Shown here in pieces: positions 63,925 through 64,000 of a DNA stretch of 64,000 bases. The position numbers and the translations under genes are program-made. Position 1 is the stretch's first letter. Each line of letters starts with the position of its first letter. The stretch comes from a virus. Taxonomy: Duplodnaviria; Caudoviricetes. The stretch lies in the IMG/VR virus record IMGVR_UViG_3300031555_001562. One strand, written 5' to 3'. The notes below the pieces were generated by a model. It was given only the letters and a program-made list of their open reading frames with translations, was not told where the DNA came from and ran no database searches.

Positions 63925-64000
63925 TGATATTCATTCTCCTGTCAACTGCTGCCCGATCTCTGTTTCGTTGAGCATCTTACGGATTGCATCAGAGGCAGTA

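Overview
This window is a 64-kb segment of a large tailed-phage-like genome. The host is probably a spore-forming Clostridia/Oscillospiraceae-type Firmicute, inferred from the SpoIIAB, SleB-like and ClpC-like genes and the sigmaA promoters. Almost all genes lie on the minus strand, and no clearly intact virion structural genes were recognised. Recognisable content: (i) NAD/ADP-ribose enzymes (ARH, Tpt1/KptA, Sir2, NADAR and a pncA-prs-nampt-nadar-nadE operon); (ii) NAD-dependent DNA ligase, two DNA methyltransferases, a beta-clamp-like protein and tyrosine-recombinase-fold genes; (iii) 13 tRNA genes with Thg1 and Pth2; (iv) a complete diversity-generating retroelement (DGR) with one local and one remote target. 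The most unusual observations are: (1) five copies of a covarying RNA hairpin motif flanking a 743-aa TerD-domain gene, one copy carrying a circularly permuted tRNA domain as in bacterial Y RNAs; (2) a radical SAM/SPASM gene followed by five proteins sharing only the N-terminus MKxRxD[FY]VTNSxSSS[FY], behind tandem NrdR-like boxes; (3) a ~450-bp inversion that splits both pth2 and the DGR target gene and flips the DGR promoter; (4) three further large structured non-coding regions in the tRNA clusters; (5) a stand-alone HigA2-like antitoxin peptide. All calls were made by eye from sequence motifs; no database searches or folding programs were run.
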